Source of the DNA: Patellaria atrata CBS 101060
Lineage: Eukaryota
Assembly: GCA_010093705.1 (NCBI GenBank)
Contig: MU006089.1
Location: 353,570-417,569, forward strand
Length of the DNA: 64,000 bases
Direction of reading: 5' to 3'
Notes under the pieces: generated by a model
Told to the model about the DNA's origin: nothing
Databases searched by the model: none
What the model saw: the letters and a program-made list of their open reading frames with translations, nothing else
Shown: one piece after another, positions 1-12,689 of the stretch
Layout: the number at the start of each line of letters is the position of its first letter
Position numbering within the stretch: the first letter of the stretch is position 1
Translations under genes and position numbers: made by a program

Positions 1-173
1 CTCTTCTTCACCGCTGTGACGGGCTTGCCTCGCTTTGCGCTCTCGGATTTGGCGAATCGCTCGTTCGCGGCGCGCTGTTGAGGAGTTTGAGCCTGTGGGA
101 GAGAGTTATTAGTTGTGAATCTCAGTTTGGGATCGGGACTGGGGCACTGATGATCTCTAGGGGGGCGAACCAT
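1..173 (-). CDS. RAMP4/SERP1 (Ysy6-like) ribosome-associated ER membrane protein, 5' part (runs off window start)
   Basis: ATG at 173-171, intron 170..93 (GTTCGC...CAG), then AQTPQQRAANERFAKSESAKRGKPVTAVKK, the typical N-terminus of fungal RAMP4 proteins. Confidence 0.8.
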   Translation of the reverse strand, partial: MVRPPRDHQCPSPDPKLRFTTNNSLPQAQTPQQRAANERFAKSESAKRGKPVTAVKK

Positions 174-496
174 TGTTGTATGATTGAAGATTGTTTCGTG
201 GGGTAAGATGTAAGAGATTGAAGGTCTAGATATGTCGATATCCCAAGAGCTTTTGAAAAATCTGGTAATTCTAGGTCGGTACGCAGTAAATCACGTTGCG
301 ATTAATTTATATCGAGTGTTCGAGTTGCGGGAGACGTGGAGGTTTACGATCTTCGTGACAGCTTTCCCCGGTTGCCGAGGAAGCTTGAACTTTTAACGAC
401 AGACGATCTGGGAGACCACGTTGTCTATTTCACCTCAAGTGCACTAAGACTACTTGAGAATCTCCTATAGAGGTTTTTTGAGCTTCTCCTTTGAAG

Positions 497-960
497 ATGA
501 CTCCTATCCGCCCCGCTGTTCGACTCATCGCATCGCGTCCGTCGTTGCGGCCCCGAAGCTTTTACAGATGGAAGGGGAGCTATCAGCCTCCGACCCCAAT
601 CCCCCAACAAGGCATTAAGAGTGGAAATACTGCTGGAAATGGAGAGGGAGGGAATCTTCATGTATGTCATAGTTTTAATTAAGGGTATTGTTGTATTTAT
701 AATTGACTGACTATCTATAGCGCAACTTTTACAAGACCTTCGGTCGACCCCTGATGAAGGTCGTCGCGCTCGCATTTCTGACCTCACAAACAGTATGGTT
801 AGGGTGGCTTTGGCTTGAGGGCATGGAGACGCGGAGGGAGAAGACTGGTGCGTATCTTGTGCTTCATGTCCATTGGAATGGGGTTGATCGTCAGGTAGGG
901 GAGATCGAGACGCTTCAGGAGAAGCTGAAAGAGTTGACTGAGAAGAAGACGGAGTCCTGA
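497..960 (+). CDS. Small mitochondrial inner-membrane protein, probably Ina17-like (ATP synthase assembly)
   Basis: Exons ~497-661, 721-847, 899-960 with GT..AG introns. Arg-rich presequence-like N-terminus, FYKTFGRPLMKVVALAFLTSQTVWLGWLWLE hydrophobic segment, C-terminal coiled coil. Family assignment is from recollection only. Confidence 0.55.
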
Positions 961-2491
961 AGGTTCTATAAGGATTTTCATATACAAGAAGCGCCACGGC
1001 AACCACTTGCCCAGCTCCAGACGGAGGTGAGATGCATAGATACTCAATGGTTGGCTATATGCCAATTAGAGTACTGTCGAAACGGTGATGAATGGTTCAG
1101 CATGTTCAGTCATCCTGCTTCGGTAGTTGCCGATACCATCGAAAGTTCGGGATCCCGTAGTTCTACACAACGAGCGTGGAGGATAAACCTACCTGGTTGC
1201 CCGTCAAACGCCCGGATACTAGTCCCCGGTGCTCTTTTATACGGTGCGTAAGGGCGAAAATGTTCCCTCCTGAGGGTACGGACATATATTAATAGACGCG
1301 TCGGATTTGAATGAAGTTGATTCCTAAGACTGGAAACGATCATCCAACGGGGCAGACCGAGCAAGTCCTCATCAGTGAGGAGTATATATTATATCCCGTA
1401 CTAAGGACCTCATTGCTTCCCGTGGCTAGTAACATGCTGCGAATAACTATAGTCATCCAAAAAAAAAAAAACCATTAAATGTTTACTTTTACCAGTGATA
1501 AGGCCATCAGCCCGGTGATATGCCCCTTTTACGCAGAATGGTAGCTCCCCTTACGCGGTCAGGAACAACGATCCACTGGTTACTGGTATCTTTTGATACA
1601 AGATGAACCCCATATACTCCGCTTAAACCCTACCGCTGAAGAATGATACAGTAATATAGAACAAGGTTTTCCTTTCTCGTACCTAGTCCACAAACCGCCT
1701 TGGTGGATATGCCTACAATGATCGGAGATACCTTCACACATCGTTTGTACAATCAACGAGTCAAACAAGAGCGATATGTATTCTCTCCACTCTCTACTTT
1801 TTTCGTCTGTGTTTGATATGTGACCCAGCTCAATGCCGGATCCCCATTTTTCCATTATTCTTTTCAGCTCAGATCATGGCAACGGAAAAGGTGATAAGGT
1901 ACCTTACTAGAAGTATTACTGTACCGGAAGGTGCCCTCTCCCAGCTTTACGACTTCCTAAGCAGTAAAGTGACACTCTTCCGTTTGAATTGATCTCGCGT
2001 TCCTCTGCCTTCCTGATGATGATGATGATGATGCCGTCTTCCGAGCTTCGTTCAAGGTCATCTCAATTTCGTTCGTCGAGTGACTTTTTAATATGGAGTT
2101 TCCTCTTACTTTACCACTCTTGGACGAGACCATTTTCTAGCATATCACACTCGAGTCTAGTATTATATGAGATTATGGCGATTATCCAGTGAAAACTGGA
2201 AATGTCCTGGCCAGGAGTCTGACGATAAGGTGTGGGAGAGTCCCCGTCCGTCGTGCCTGCCCTCCCCTTTTGATCTCCTCCAAGTCACGTTTCTATTCAC
2301 AAAATTCGAACTTTTGATTCACCTCATGATACAGGCTCCCGCTCCGCCTCTACGATTCGCCTTACTCCGCCGATTCCTTGGCATCCGATGCATATACCAC
2401 GTTTTTAAAACTCACGCGCCATCATCACGTTCACCTCTCACAGCACACCGCCCAACATCATCTGCGCAAGGAAGACAGTCCGATCGGCACA

Positions 2492-3083
2492 ATGATGGCG
2501 CAAAAGTCCGACAAGCCTGAGCATGTAAAGGTTGAGGAGAACGAAGAGGTACAAGCTCCTCCACGCCGTAACTATCTCACCCAGCCGATCAATATCCCCT
2601 TTCGCCAGTACCACCCTCTCCACCAGAACCCAGAGCCGAATCATCCTCGCGCGAGAGACGTCTTCTTGCGCCAGATCCCACGTCCACCGCTCGACCCCAA
2701 TGAGATGACGATCAAGTTCGACACTACCATGCACAGCGGAGTTACCTTGCGGGTCAAGCCAGAGGATAAGGTCAGAGAGTGTCTCCTGGAGGTTTGCAAC
2801 CGTTGGCGCAAATCCAGGGTTGAGGTGAAGTTTCAATACAAAGGCCAGGAAATCAATGAGGGTTGGGCAACTACGGTTGCAGAGGTGAGTTTATTTTCCT
2901 TGGGAATTCTAAACAATTAATCTCCTGAAGACGCATACCCTCTCACTTCCAGATATAGATCTCAACTAATGCCCCTCGTCAACACAGCTCGGTTGGAAAC
3001 ACTGTTGCACCATCTACGCTACCTGCGAAAATGAACTTCCAGAATGGCAGGAGGAGGAGGATCCGTATTCAGGTGTCTGGTGA
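2492..3083 (+). CDS. Protein with a divergent C-terminal ubiquitin/SUMO-like (Rad60-SLD-type) domain
   Basis: Exons 2492-2884 and 2988-3083 (GTGAGT...CTAAT...CAG). The pattern MTIKFD..VTLRVKPEDKVRECL..VKFQYKGQEIN..TTVAELG..IYA follows the beta-grasp layout of SUMO. Confidence 0.55.
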
Positions 3084-4561
3084 ATCGTCCTGCATCCACG
3101 GTCGCTGCCTCAAAAACATCCATACGGGCTCAAACAATCTCAAGCTAACTCGTTTCGACAGACGCACAAAATGACTCGATACGCGCGTTACGTGTTCACG
3201 TTATCTGTCTACCTCAATGTTGGACCTCGGACGCAATCTTGTTGAATACTCTGTCTGGAGCGGCATATCATCCTAGGCTAGAACTGTGTCTTGCCCTACG
3301 TTATTATGTCTCTTTCTCTATCTAGATCTGTTTCTTTCTCTGTCTGGATTCTCTCTTCCTCCGCCTGGGAGCGTTTCTCATTTGATCCAGGATTTTTGAT
3401 TCTTTCTCTATTCAGATAGTATGAGCTACTTTGGACTCCGGCGGAATTATGTCTACCCTCCTTTCTGCTTGGAATATCATGCCTCTTCAATCCAGGACTC
3501 CCTCTACTCTTATGCGCTCTCGATGAGCTAGCGGCCAGGGACCTCTACAATCTTTGCCAGCGGGGACTTTGTATCTCTTTCTCTCTGGAGGATGTTCCAT
3601 TACGGTTTCGCTGAGGCGCTTTTTCCCTTTTTTTTGTATTTTCTACATTATGTGGCAGCGTCTTTGTAAACCCTCTCACATTCAGGATGGATTTTGGAAG
3701 CTCATGTCATCATGCTCGTCAATTGGAAGGAATATATCAGGTGTACAGCGGTATTTCACGTCATGATGACTAGACTTTTGGGTGTGGCAAGGCAAACGAG
3801 CGGGATACTCACGCTGCACAAATGAGCTTTATGTTTTTCTTCGAGTTGGCAATCTTGTACTTTTAAGATACCCCTGGAGCAAGCAAAAGCAACTTAGTTG
3901 AAAGTAATAAAACTGGTACTTGATTGTAGCAACTTTTAAGTGTCAAACGCATGAAAACTGTACGGACGCTCGTATGTATACCAGCTATGTAAATCACCAA
4001 AGTCCAGTCTAATTACCATCTTCATGCTCCATCATACACTACCTTTTCCTAACCTCATGTCACTCACCCACCATCTGCCATTTCCTCTACTTCCACTTTC
4101 CTCTTCCTATCCCCTCATCCTAGGTACCATCTGCTCATATCCACCTTCCACTCCTTTCCCCATCCGTAAGCGCGCCCCTCGGCCTCCAGCACCAGTAAAC
4201 CATACAATCACGCAACTGTAAAAAAAAAAAAAGAGCCTCAAACTTCCATCTCTCACCCCGATTTATCATTCCTCGATCAGCTCGTTGGGACACTGTCACA
4301 AGCACTTAGATAATTCCTTTCAGCATAAGAGACGCAGGTGAATTATCCTGAAACTATATACCAAAGTTCCAAAGTTCGTATACCAAGCCCAATCCACACT
4401 GTATTACCTAAGCACACTCCCAATCCCAATTCACCAAACCCTCTCACCCCTCGCAACCATCCTACCCAACCATCTCGACGGCCAAACCCCAAAATAAACA
4501 AGAACAAAGCTAACAAACCTCCCCCAAAGAAAAACCACAAACTATCCAAATTCTCATCGCC

Positions 4562-6265
4562 CTACCCAACCCCAAACATCTTTCCTGTCCCTAAATTCAG
4601 CGCCCCCCACCTCCGGCCCTCCCTCACCGCTCCCCACAGCCTCAAGGGCCAGTAGACATGCCAGAGCCACCACGCGGGCCAAGGATCCCAGGCCTCATAG
4701 ACGCCGTCTCTCCACTCACCTCTTCGTATTTCCTGTATTCTGATGCCGAAAGCGCGGAGGGTGGTGCGGAATTCGGCGCGGGAGGTGCGTGCGGTGAGGA
4801 GACGGAGAGCGGGAAGGAGGAGGAGGGTCAGGAGGTCGTGGGGGAGAAAGAGGGTGCTGGGGGGATGGGTGGGGGAGAGGGGTTGCGGGGGGGATGGGGA
4901 TGGCGTGGAAGCCAGAGGGGTGGGCGTGTTGAGTAGGAGGTTAGGGTGGAGACTCCCGTTTCGGGATCGGTTTGGTGTCTGTGCCCCGGCTTCTGGGTGT
5001 TTTGCTTCTTTTACGTGGTCGGGTTTGTTGAGGAGGCTGAGGTACGCTTTTACCATCTCGCTGCCTACTGACGTGTTGGAGTTGAACAGGGACTGGAATG
5101 GAGGAGATGGCGAGGCGAAGCCGACGACTGCGGTGTGACAGCGAGGGTTACATTCGATGGGCCAGAGCGTGATGGATCGCCAGTCTTGCTTTGCGATGTC
5201 GGAGTTTTTGACCAGGAAGTCGAAGCTGAGGTGGCCTGTGAAGCCGGGACCGAAGGAGGCGGCGACGGTTTCGGTGAAGGCGAGCATGGCCTGGGTGAGT
5301 GGGTGTGTCGGGGAGAGAGGCTGATAGTGCATCAGAAGCGAGGCGGACGGACATGCGAGGAACGCTGCGACCCGGCTCTGAAGAATGAGGGCGTGGGTGC
5401 AGTATTCATGCCCGAAGATGTATTCTTGGAGAACAAAAGAGGAAGAGCCGGTATTAGGGGTGGTTGTGGAGGAATTGAAAGTACGGGTGAGGTATTCACG
5501 GGTAGTAGAAGGGTAGATGAGAGGAAGGGGAGTCATGTCCCCGCGAGTCTTATCATTCATTCCTGTGCTCTTGAGGATGTATTTCTTTATCTGATACGGT
5601 TGTGAGGTGTCGACACGATAGTATTTCAACTTCTCGACCTCATTTAAGGGAGGGGAATAAAGGATGTCCATCACCTCTCTGATGCTGCCAACGTGGTAGG
5701 TTTCTGGAACGTTAAGACCTAGTCCCTTAATATAGTCGATAAACGAGTCCTTCTCGTGAAGGACTTTGGTCTCTTCGATACCGAATTGCACGACTGCGCA
5801 TCCTGCTTCCTCCATGGGTTCTTTGGCATATGCATCTTCTAAGGCGGTTGCTACACCTGAACAACTCACCCAAAGATCCACCTTCTCTTTGCGAACGATG
5901 TAAAGGAGTTGCTTCACGTATTTTAAATCATCTCCGAGTTCAAGGCGGTGGAACTTGGCCACAGCTTTTGACACCCTAGCACAGACAAGAGCGCCGCTTG
6001 GTTCAAAGTCGGCTCCAATAACACGATGACCGGAGCGATGGAATAGACGGGCGAGAACGAGGCCCTTGGCCATTCCAACTCCTGTGACGAGGATAGTTTT
6101 AGCTTTTTCCCCAGGGGGAAGTTCACTAGCTTCTGTGAGATGGAGACGATGGAGTACATAGCTGAAGAAAATTACGGCTGTGGTGATCGGAAGAGAGATG
6201 AAGGAGAGTATAATGAGGGCAAAATTTTGAGCGAGATGTCGACACAGGGACTGGCTTGGTGCCAT
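4562..6265 (-). CDS. mysC: ATP-grasp ligase of mycosporine biosynthesis (MysC-like)
   Basis: Single-exon ORF from ATG 6265. ILVTGVGMAKGLVLARLFHRSGHRVIGAD, LHEKDSFI, FVLQEYIFGHEYCTH, GHLSFDF and PIECNPRCHTA match MysC-type ATP-grasp enzymes; adjacent to O-MT and DDGS. Confidence 0.85.
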   Translation of the reverse strand: MAPSQSLCRHLAQNFALIILSFISLPITTAVIFFSYVLHRLHLTEASELPPGEKAKTILVTGVGMAKGLVLARLFHRSGHRVIGADFEPSGALVCARVSKAVAKFHRLELGDDLKYVKQLLYIVRKEKVDLWVSCSGVATALEDAYAKEPMEEAGCAVVQFGIEETKVLHEKDSFIDYIKGLGLNVPETYHVGSIREVMDILYSPPLNEVEKLKYYRVDTSQPYQIKKYILKSTGMNDKTRGDMTPLPLIYPSTTREYLTRTFNSSTTTPNTGSSSFVLQEYIFGHEYCTHALILQSRVAAFLACPSASLLMHYQPLSPTHPLTQAMLAFTETVAASFGPGFTGHLSFDFLVKNSDIAKQDWRSITLWPIECNPRCHTAVVGFASPSPPFQSLFNSNTSVGSEMVKAYLSLLNKPDHVKEAKHPEAGAQTPNRSRNGSLHPNLLLNTPTPLASTPSPSPPQPLSPTHPPSTLFLPHDLLTLLLLPALRLLTARTSRAEFRTTLRAFGIRIQEIRRGEWRDGVYEAWDPWPAWWLWHVYWPLRLWGAVREGRRWGALNLGTGKMFGVG

Positions 6266-7079
6266 TGAAAACACCAATGTGATAATAAAACGAGGATATG
6301 TGAGATCGAGCCCAGACAACTGAGCAAAAAAGAGAGAGCACATTTGAGGATTGACTTAGTGATAACCTAACTTACCGTTTGCTACACTGAAGGGACTTGG
6401 GATATGAGAAGTACAAGTACGACGTGAATTGTTGGGGAAACAAGCTGGCGGTAGAGGGAATTATTCAGCGTATGCCAAATGGTCTCGGATCGTCATAGAC
6501 ATTGGTTCACCACCTTATTTTGGTTAGCTTGTGTATCATACTTAATCGACTACGACATCTTAAGGTACTGTACCTTATCAAGTGCTTATGTAACTTCTAT
6601 GTAATCCTCTTCGGATTCTGCTTAGGTTCTCGAATCTATGATGTAGAAAGTGGAGAATTTTGGAATGGTGAGGTCAGATGTCTAAGGGTAAGGGAGGGCT
6701 AAGGCGCAGTCAGGTTGTGTCGAAACGGCACTTCTAGAGCTAGGTCGTCGTAGAGAGAAGCGGATCCGCAAATTGGAATTGCATGTGTTTGCTAACCCGT
6801 TTCCCTCAACTGATCTGAGCATAGAATAAAGAATCTCATGATTGAAGGAGGTTTGAGCCACTCCAACCAATTCCGTGTTTCACAATTAATTATGTGGGAA
6901 GTAGTAACCGTACTGTAACGGAGTGTGTCCATGTCCCATGCTATAGGATGCGTTGATGGTAGAAGCACTCTATCCATAAAGTGAGCACTCCCGAGAAGGG
7001 GTATGGCGTGATTAGTGGCCTTAGTTGAAGTGGTATATGCTTCTTTTACTAGCATATAAAACGGCCATGTTTAGTGGAA

Positions 7080-8061
7080 CTATTGTTCTTCGCTTATACA
7101 TGTTGTAACTTCTACACCATCCTAGAAACTTATCAGTTGATATTTAGAAAGGGGGAGTTTGACTGGGAAACGTACAGGTACACCAGATGGCTCGAAACTA
7201 TTGATAAGGGTGCTTTTATACACCAGATTCGGATTCCCAATAACAGTCGTGTCAAGTTTAGCCTGCCCTTCCCTCTTGAGGTATTGGGTTGCAGTGCGAT
7301 CTTCAAACCGAGAGTCCACACCCGTCCCGTTCGAAGGATGCTGTTTCTCCGCAACTGCGCGTTTCTCCTTGACGCTACTCCGCACGTATTCGAGATATGG
7401 AGGATTCCCCGGCTTGATAACGTTGTCGGCTGCCAGAACGGATCCAGGTGTGATCAGGCCGAGTTGCTCGCACAACTTTAGATCCGTGACATATGCGGGT
7501 TTGTAGTGATCCAGAAACATGAAATCGATGTTTGTCAATACCCCTGAACTATGAAGACGGCGTATTGAGTGTTCGCTAGGGCCTACAACCACCTTAACGA
7601 CGTCGCTCAGACCCGCAAGGTCAACAAGGGCCATAATGACAGCCGCGAATTCCGGGTTCCTTTCCAGGCTGTAGTAACGCTTCCCACCCGCTTTTTGAAC
7701 CGCATCGCCGAACAGAATGGTAGAGTAACCCACATAACCTCCCAGTTCGACCTATAATTGTCAGTCGAGGTGCACATGAAGTAATTAGCTTGGAACGAAC
7801 CATGACCTCGGGCTGTACTAGTGCAATGCTCTCCGTGACAATCCTGCCTTTGTCCTCCCCTACATTCATGAGATATTTCTGCGTCCTCGCAAAGTCATCA
7901 ATTGCCTGTAGAACACGTTTGGGAGATCCTCGTATGCTGTCGATATCGTTTCGGCCGTATACGTAGTGTAATAAGTCGATTTCTCGCCCATCATCGAAGA
8001 AGACTTCTTCTTGCGGCATATATACCTTCTTACTGTCGAATATACCGTCGAATTCGGACAT
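7080..8061 (-). CDS. O-methyltransferase (COMT-like) of mycosporine biosynthesis (MysB role)
   Basis: Exons 8061-7801, 7751-7176, 7121-7080 (~292 aa). LMNVGEDKG, SAM-binding VELGGYVGYS, FLDHYKPAY, ADNVIKPG and DGVEVT motifs. Confidence 0.88.
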
Positions 8062-9388
8062 GGTGGTTCTCGAATTTCTAATCTTCTGGAATGGAAGTAT
8101 TATACACTTAGGAGAAAACTGTTATGGAAAGAGCGAATGGATACCATATCATAAGAGATGAACAAAGTCACGCTGAGACATCCTTACGATCAGACATTAA
8201 GCCAGGTACGGAAAGCACGTTGGATGTGACCAGTTTGAGAAAGCACGCCTGAAAGTGGAACGCGTCTTCCAATTTCGATATCTAGGAGACGTAAATGGGA
8301 GGGGCACCTCATGCATGATTTGGTTCGTTGAGAACGTTACCTTACAGTACCTTACTGTACCTCCACTTAAAGGTAAGCTCGACCATCCCTGAACATCGAC
8401 AGAGTCATGAAGTAAGCTGTCTGATTCGTATATGCAACAGATTCCTGTTTATTCTCCATCGAAGTGATGATATTCTCACTTGAATCTGTCCTAGTATTAT
8501 AGTCATCGTCCCTTTTTAATTGACTTAGTATCTAAGGTATTGTGTTCGTACTTTGACGGGGATATCAGGAGAATTGTGCAATATTTCATCATAAGGTACT
8601 AGGTGCACTTATCTAAATCTACCTACGGGTCAAACTCGCTGTCTACAGCTTACTAGATGGCTCTCTTGTCCAATGGCAATATTCATGAACATGCTGGGAG
8701 ACGGACTGGTCACGCGGTATGCTCGTAAGGTGAAGTTTCGATATTTACCTGTCCTAAATTGCACTGTGAAGGGGACCTTGATCGTCAAGCAACTGGGGTA
8801 GATCAGTCTCGATCAGAGTCGGATTTACTTTTACGCTAAGATCTCGAATCTAAGGCCTAAGGCGTCCTTAATAGATCTAAACGTGGGGATGCCGCCTTCT
8901 AAGCGTGAAAAACACGGCGTGAGAACGATTCCCGCATGGAAAATATCATAGAGAGAACAATGGTCAATCCGTCATGTACCTAACCACTTATCCAGTGTAT
9001 CGGCGACATCATGACTCTGTTTCTATTGTTCCTTCTTCCTATCCTTACGTGCTGATATCATGATCGATTTGAGAAGTGGAGTTTTCTCTCAAATAGCATC
9101 GGAAGACCCTCCGCGGAATCTAGGTGATACAATCACGAATTGCATAAGATATTGCCGGACATCAAACCGTTCAGAACGGTTAAAGTTAATGTCCAACGCG
9201 GCTTCCAGTATGACCCAGGTTGACAGCAGATCCGAGAGACTGAGGGCTAATACGAAAGTACGTAGAATACCCGTGGGAGTCGGTTCTTGAGTATATAACA
9301 TTCTCAAATCCGCATGCCCTGAGATATGGTAGTTCAGTAGGTTTCAACACACTCATAACTCAAGATCTTTCTATATAGTCTTTCAACC
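8062..9388. promoter_or_regulatory. Divergent promoter shared by O-methyltransferase and DDG synthase
   Basis: Head-to-head gene arrangement; TATATAA at 9292-9298, about 95 bp upstream of the DDGS ATG. Confidence 0.6.
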
Positions 9389-11113
9389 ATGTCAGATCTC
9401 AAGGCCACCGTTGCTGAGACTAAGCGAGGATTCCACGTTGAAGGGTACGAGAAAATCGAATACGACTTTACGTTCCTAGACGGCATTTTCAACGTAAAGA
9501 ATAATGACCTCGCAAAGTGTTACGAACGATGGGGTCGTTCTCTCGCAGTTATGGACTTGAACATTTTCAATGTCTATGGTGAACAAATGCAGACATATTT
9601 CGATCATTACAACCTTGAGTTAAAGATCCACAAGACGATGATCGGTGAAAAAGCCAAATCTATGGATACATTGCTGAGTATTGTTGATTCCATGAATGAG
9701 TTTGGTATATTCCGAAAGGTGCGTGATAGATGATTCTCATACTAAAGTAAAGAACTGACTTGTGAAAGGAACCTCTGCTCGTTGTCGGTGGTGGACTGGT
9801 TACAGATGTTGCTGGGTAAAATACCACCGGTCTACTGCCACAGACTATCAAGGCACTCTGGCCCAAAGATACTCCTGAGCAGTATCAAAAGTCGGGGAAA
9901 CGAACTGTACTAACCTTGTGAATAGATTTGCCTGTGCAGCGTACAGAAGAAACACGAATTACATCCGTGTACCCACCACTGTCATAGGTCTTATTGATGC
10001 CTCCGTGTCTATCAAGGTTGCAGTTAATTATGGTAACTATAAGAACAGACTGGGCGCATATCATGCTCCAATGCATACATTCCTCGACTTTACGTTCCTC
10101 CGCACGCTACCTGAGGCTCAGATAAGGAATGGATTCGCAGAGCTCATCAAGATCTCCACCTGTGCTCATCTCGAGACATTCAATCTCCTCGACAAGTATT
10201 GCGAGGAATTGATCCGAACCGGATTCGGACGCACAGATGATGCGTCTCAAGAAGTACGAGCAGCAGCTGATGAAATTAACCGTAATGGAATCTATGAAAT
10301 GTTGAAACTGGAGACTCCAAATCTTCATGAAATTGGCCTTGACCGCGTCATTGCATATGGACACACGTAAGATTTCTCAGTCTTCTCTTTGGTATCCAAA
10401 CTGACCGAGGAGATAGATGGTCTCCATTACATGAGCTCGTTCCGGAAGTCCCACTCCGACATGGACACGCGATCTCAATTGATATGGCGTACTCTGCAAC
10501 GCTTGCAAATATGCGCGGTATCTTGAGCAATGAGGAACACAAACGCATTCTAGATTTATTCTCTCGAGCAGGACTCTCGATGGATCATCATCAGTTCAAC
10601 GAAGAGATCCTAGACAAAGGTACCAAAGCGATCCTAAGAACTCGCGATGGAAAGCTGCGCGCTGCTGTCCCTAGTCCTTTGGGCAGCTGTAGATTCTTAA
10701 ACGACGTTTCCACGGACGAGATGTACGCCGCTCTTAGGAAGCACAAGGAAATCGTCAAGGCTTATCCCCGCAATGGTGAGGGTTTGGAGGCGTTTGTCGA
10801 TTCCAGTGACACTGGCTATACTATCAATAATAAGCCAGTGGAAACCGAGTTGCCGGGTGCGAATGGTACCAATGGAGCTCACAATCAGCCTTCTGTGTTG
10901 AACGACAACACTAATGGCGTTGTCAACGGTAGTAAGGTGCAAAATGGTTTCACCAGTAAGCCATCAGTAGCCACGAAAAATGCTTCGGGACCTGAGGGTG
11001 TGAACGGTCTTCGGAAAGACAGCGTCCAGAAAGGTGTGATGATTGATGCAGGCGGACAGACGGATGTAATGGTGGATTACAGCGAGGGTTATAGCAATGG
11101 CTATCGCAACTAG
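9389..11113 (+). CDS. mysA: Demethyl-4-deoxygadusol synthase (sedoheptulose-7-phosphate cyclase, DHQS-like; MysA)
   Basis: Exons 9389-9718, 9769-9815, 9926-10366, 10417-11113. [14 protein letters not shown]-terminus, [49 protein letters not shown] and [12 protein letters not shown] are DDGS-type rather than DHQS or EEVS signatures. Confidence 0.93.
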
Positions 11114-12689
11114 AATGGTACTCCTATCTGAAGTCCCGCTGAGGCTCAATGGTGTACTGTAGAACTAGTTCTTGTAGAGGTCCTCAGGAGGACTTTTGAT
11201 ATCAAATAACAGAAGTCGGAAAAGCGACTCAGTTGTCGTCTAGTCTTGCTCCTGTAACTCGTTGTGTTGCCAATGTGACCAGCATCTGAAATCCATTGGC
11301 TTGGAAGCTTCCCTCACAGCCGCATATCCAACTCGGTGGCGGCGCGTCAAACGGAGAATTCTCGCCATTCAGAAAGCAGCACCGGCCGTTAAAAGATATT
11401 AAGAACGTCTCTAACGTCTTGATAGGAGTCGGGATGGGTTGACTGTGGAGTACAAATTTCCGATCGGTTTCCCTGAGGAAGATGTCAGAGGAAACAGAGG
11501 TACCGTTCGCTTTCTCTAGGGCAAAGTTTCTATGTCGATAGACATTGAGGATACAAGCTGTCAGAATATTCCCCAGTTGTACATGTCAGGACTCAGGAGT
11601 AATAATGGGCTTGCGCAAGTCTTGCATGCAAGGTGACCAGATAGGATTTGCCTTTGAATGCATCGTGAGGTGGACGATAGTTATTGGAGATCTTTTTTTA
11701 CCCCTTGATTGCTATGTGGTGCATAGTTTGTAGGGTTACTGAAGCCGTCCTGAGGAGCCTTCCAGTTCCCCAGTATCTGACCCCTTGGCTTGCGATGCTG
11801 CGAGTTTAAATTTGATGATCCGACGCTAATACAAAAATGAAGTTCTGCAAGTGATGAGTATACCGCAATAGGTCATATCAGGGGATGTGTGGGAGTCTTG
11901 GAGGAACTCAAATGCAACTCTTTTCTCCAAAACACCGTCTTGCCACTTTTGCGCCGTTGCATTGGAAATCTGAGCAAAAACCTTTTAGTTTTTTATCCTC
12001 TCCCTTTCAACCTTCTTCCCCTCTTCTCTTCAATCATCATTAATACGAATTTTGCTTTTTTGCGTTCAGATCGTACATCCAGATTTCCCCCTTACGGAAG
12101 TCTAGCGTCGTCGATCCCTCTCAATAAGTTTTCCAACCAGGCAAGAACTTTAGGGACCTGCATCGCTCGCTCGCCGACTACTATAATTTTCAATTTCCTC
12201 CCTTTCTACGAATCGAATCTTGCCCTGGCCCTCGAATTTCCGGTTTCTGTTAATTTTTCGCCTCGTACTTATATGTGACAAGCTGTCAATCGTGTTTCGA
12301 GGGAGCTATTATCCCAAATACCCAAAGTGCGGGTCTCCGCCTGGCACCAGCCAAACTGCACCTTTATGCGGAACGTACGAACCGAATAGAAGCCCAAACA
12401 CCGCCCAAAAACGCACGCGCAAAAAGTCACCAGGCCAATCCCACTTCGCTGAAACTGCAACTACCTTTTCCTCGATCTTTACAACCGTGAACGACCTCAT
12501 TCGTATAAAAACGCGAGATGCCTTGAGTTGTCGAAGCTACTACATATCTAAACCTTAATTGCACATGTATATGGCTTGCGCTCCGCCACCTTCCTCTGAA
12601 AGAAAAACTCCCGATACGACGAACGATTCCTGTACGACGCAAACGCTTAACGGCCATTAACCTCTAGTAATATAAGGTGCATAAGCACC

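Noticed and set aside
3296..3600. Degenerate TCTTTCTCT repeats and a short charged minus-strand ORF
   Set aside because: Low-complexity pyrimidine tract with no supportable gene model.
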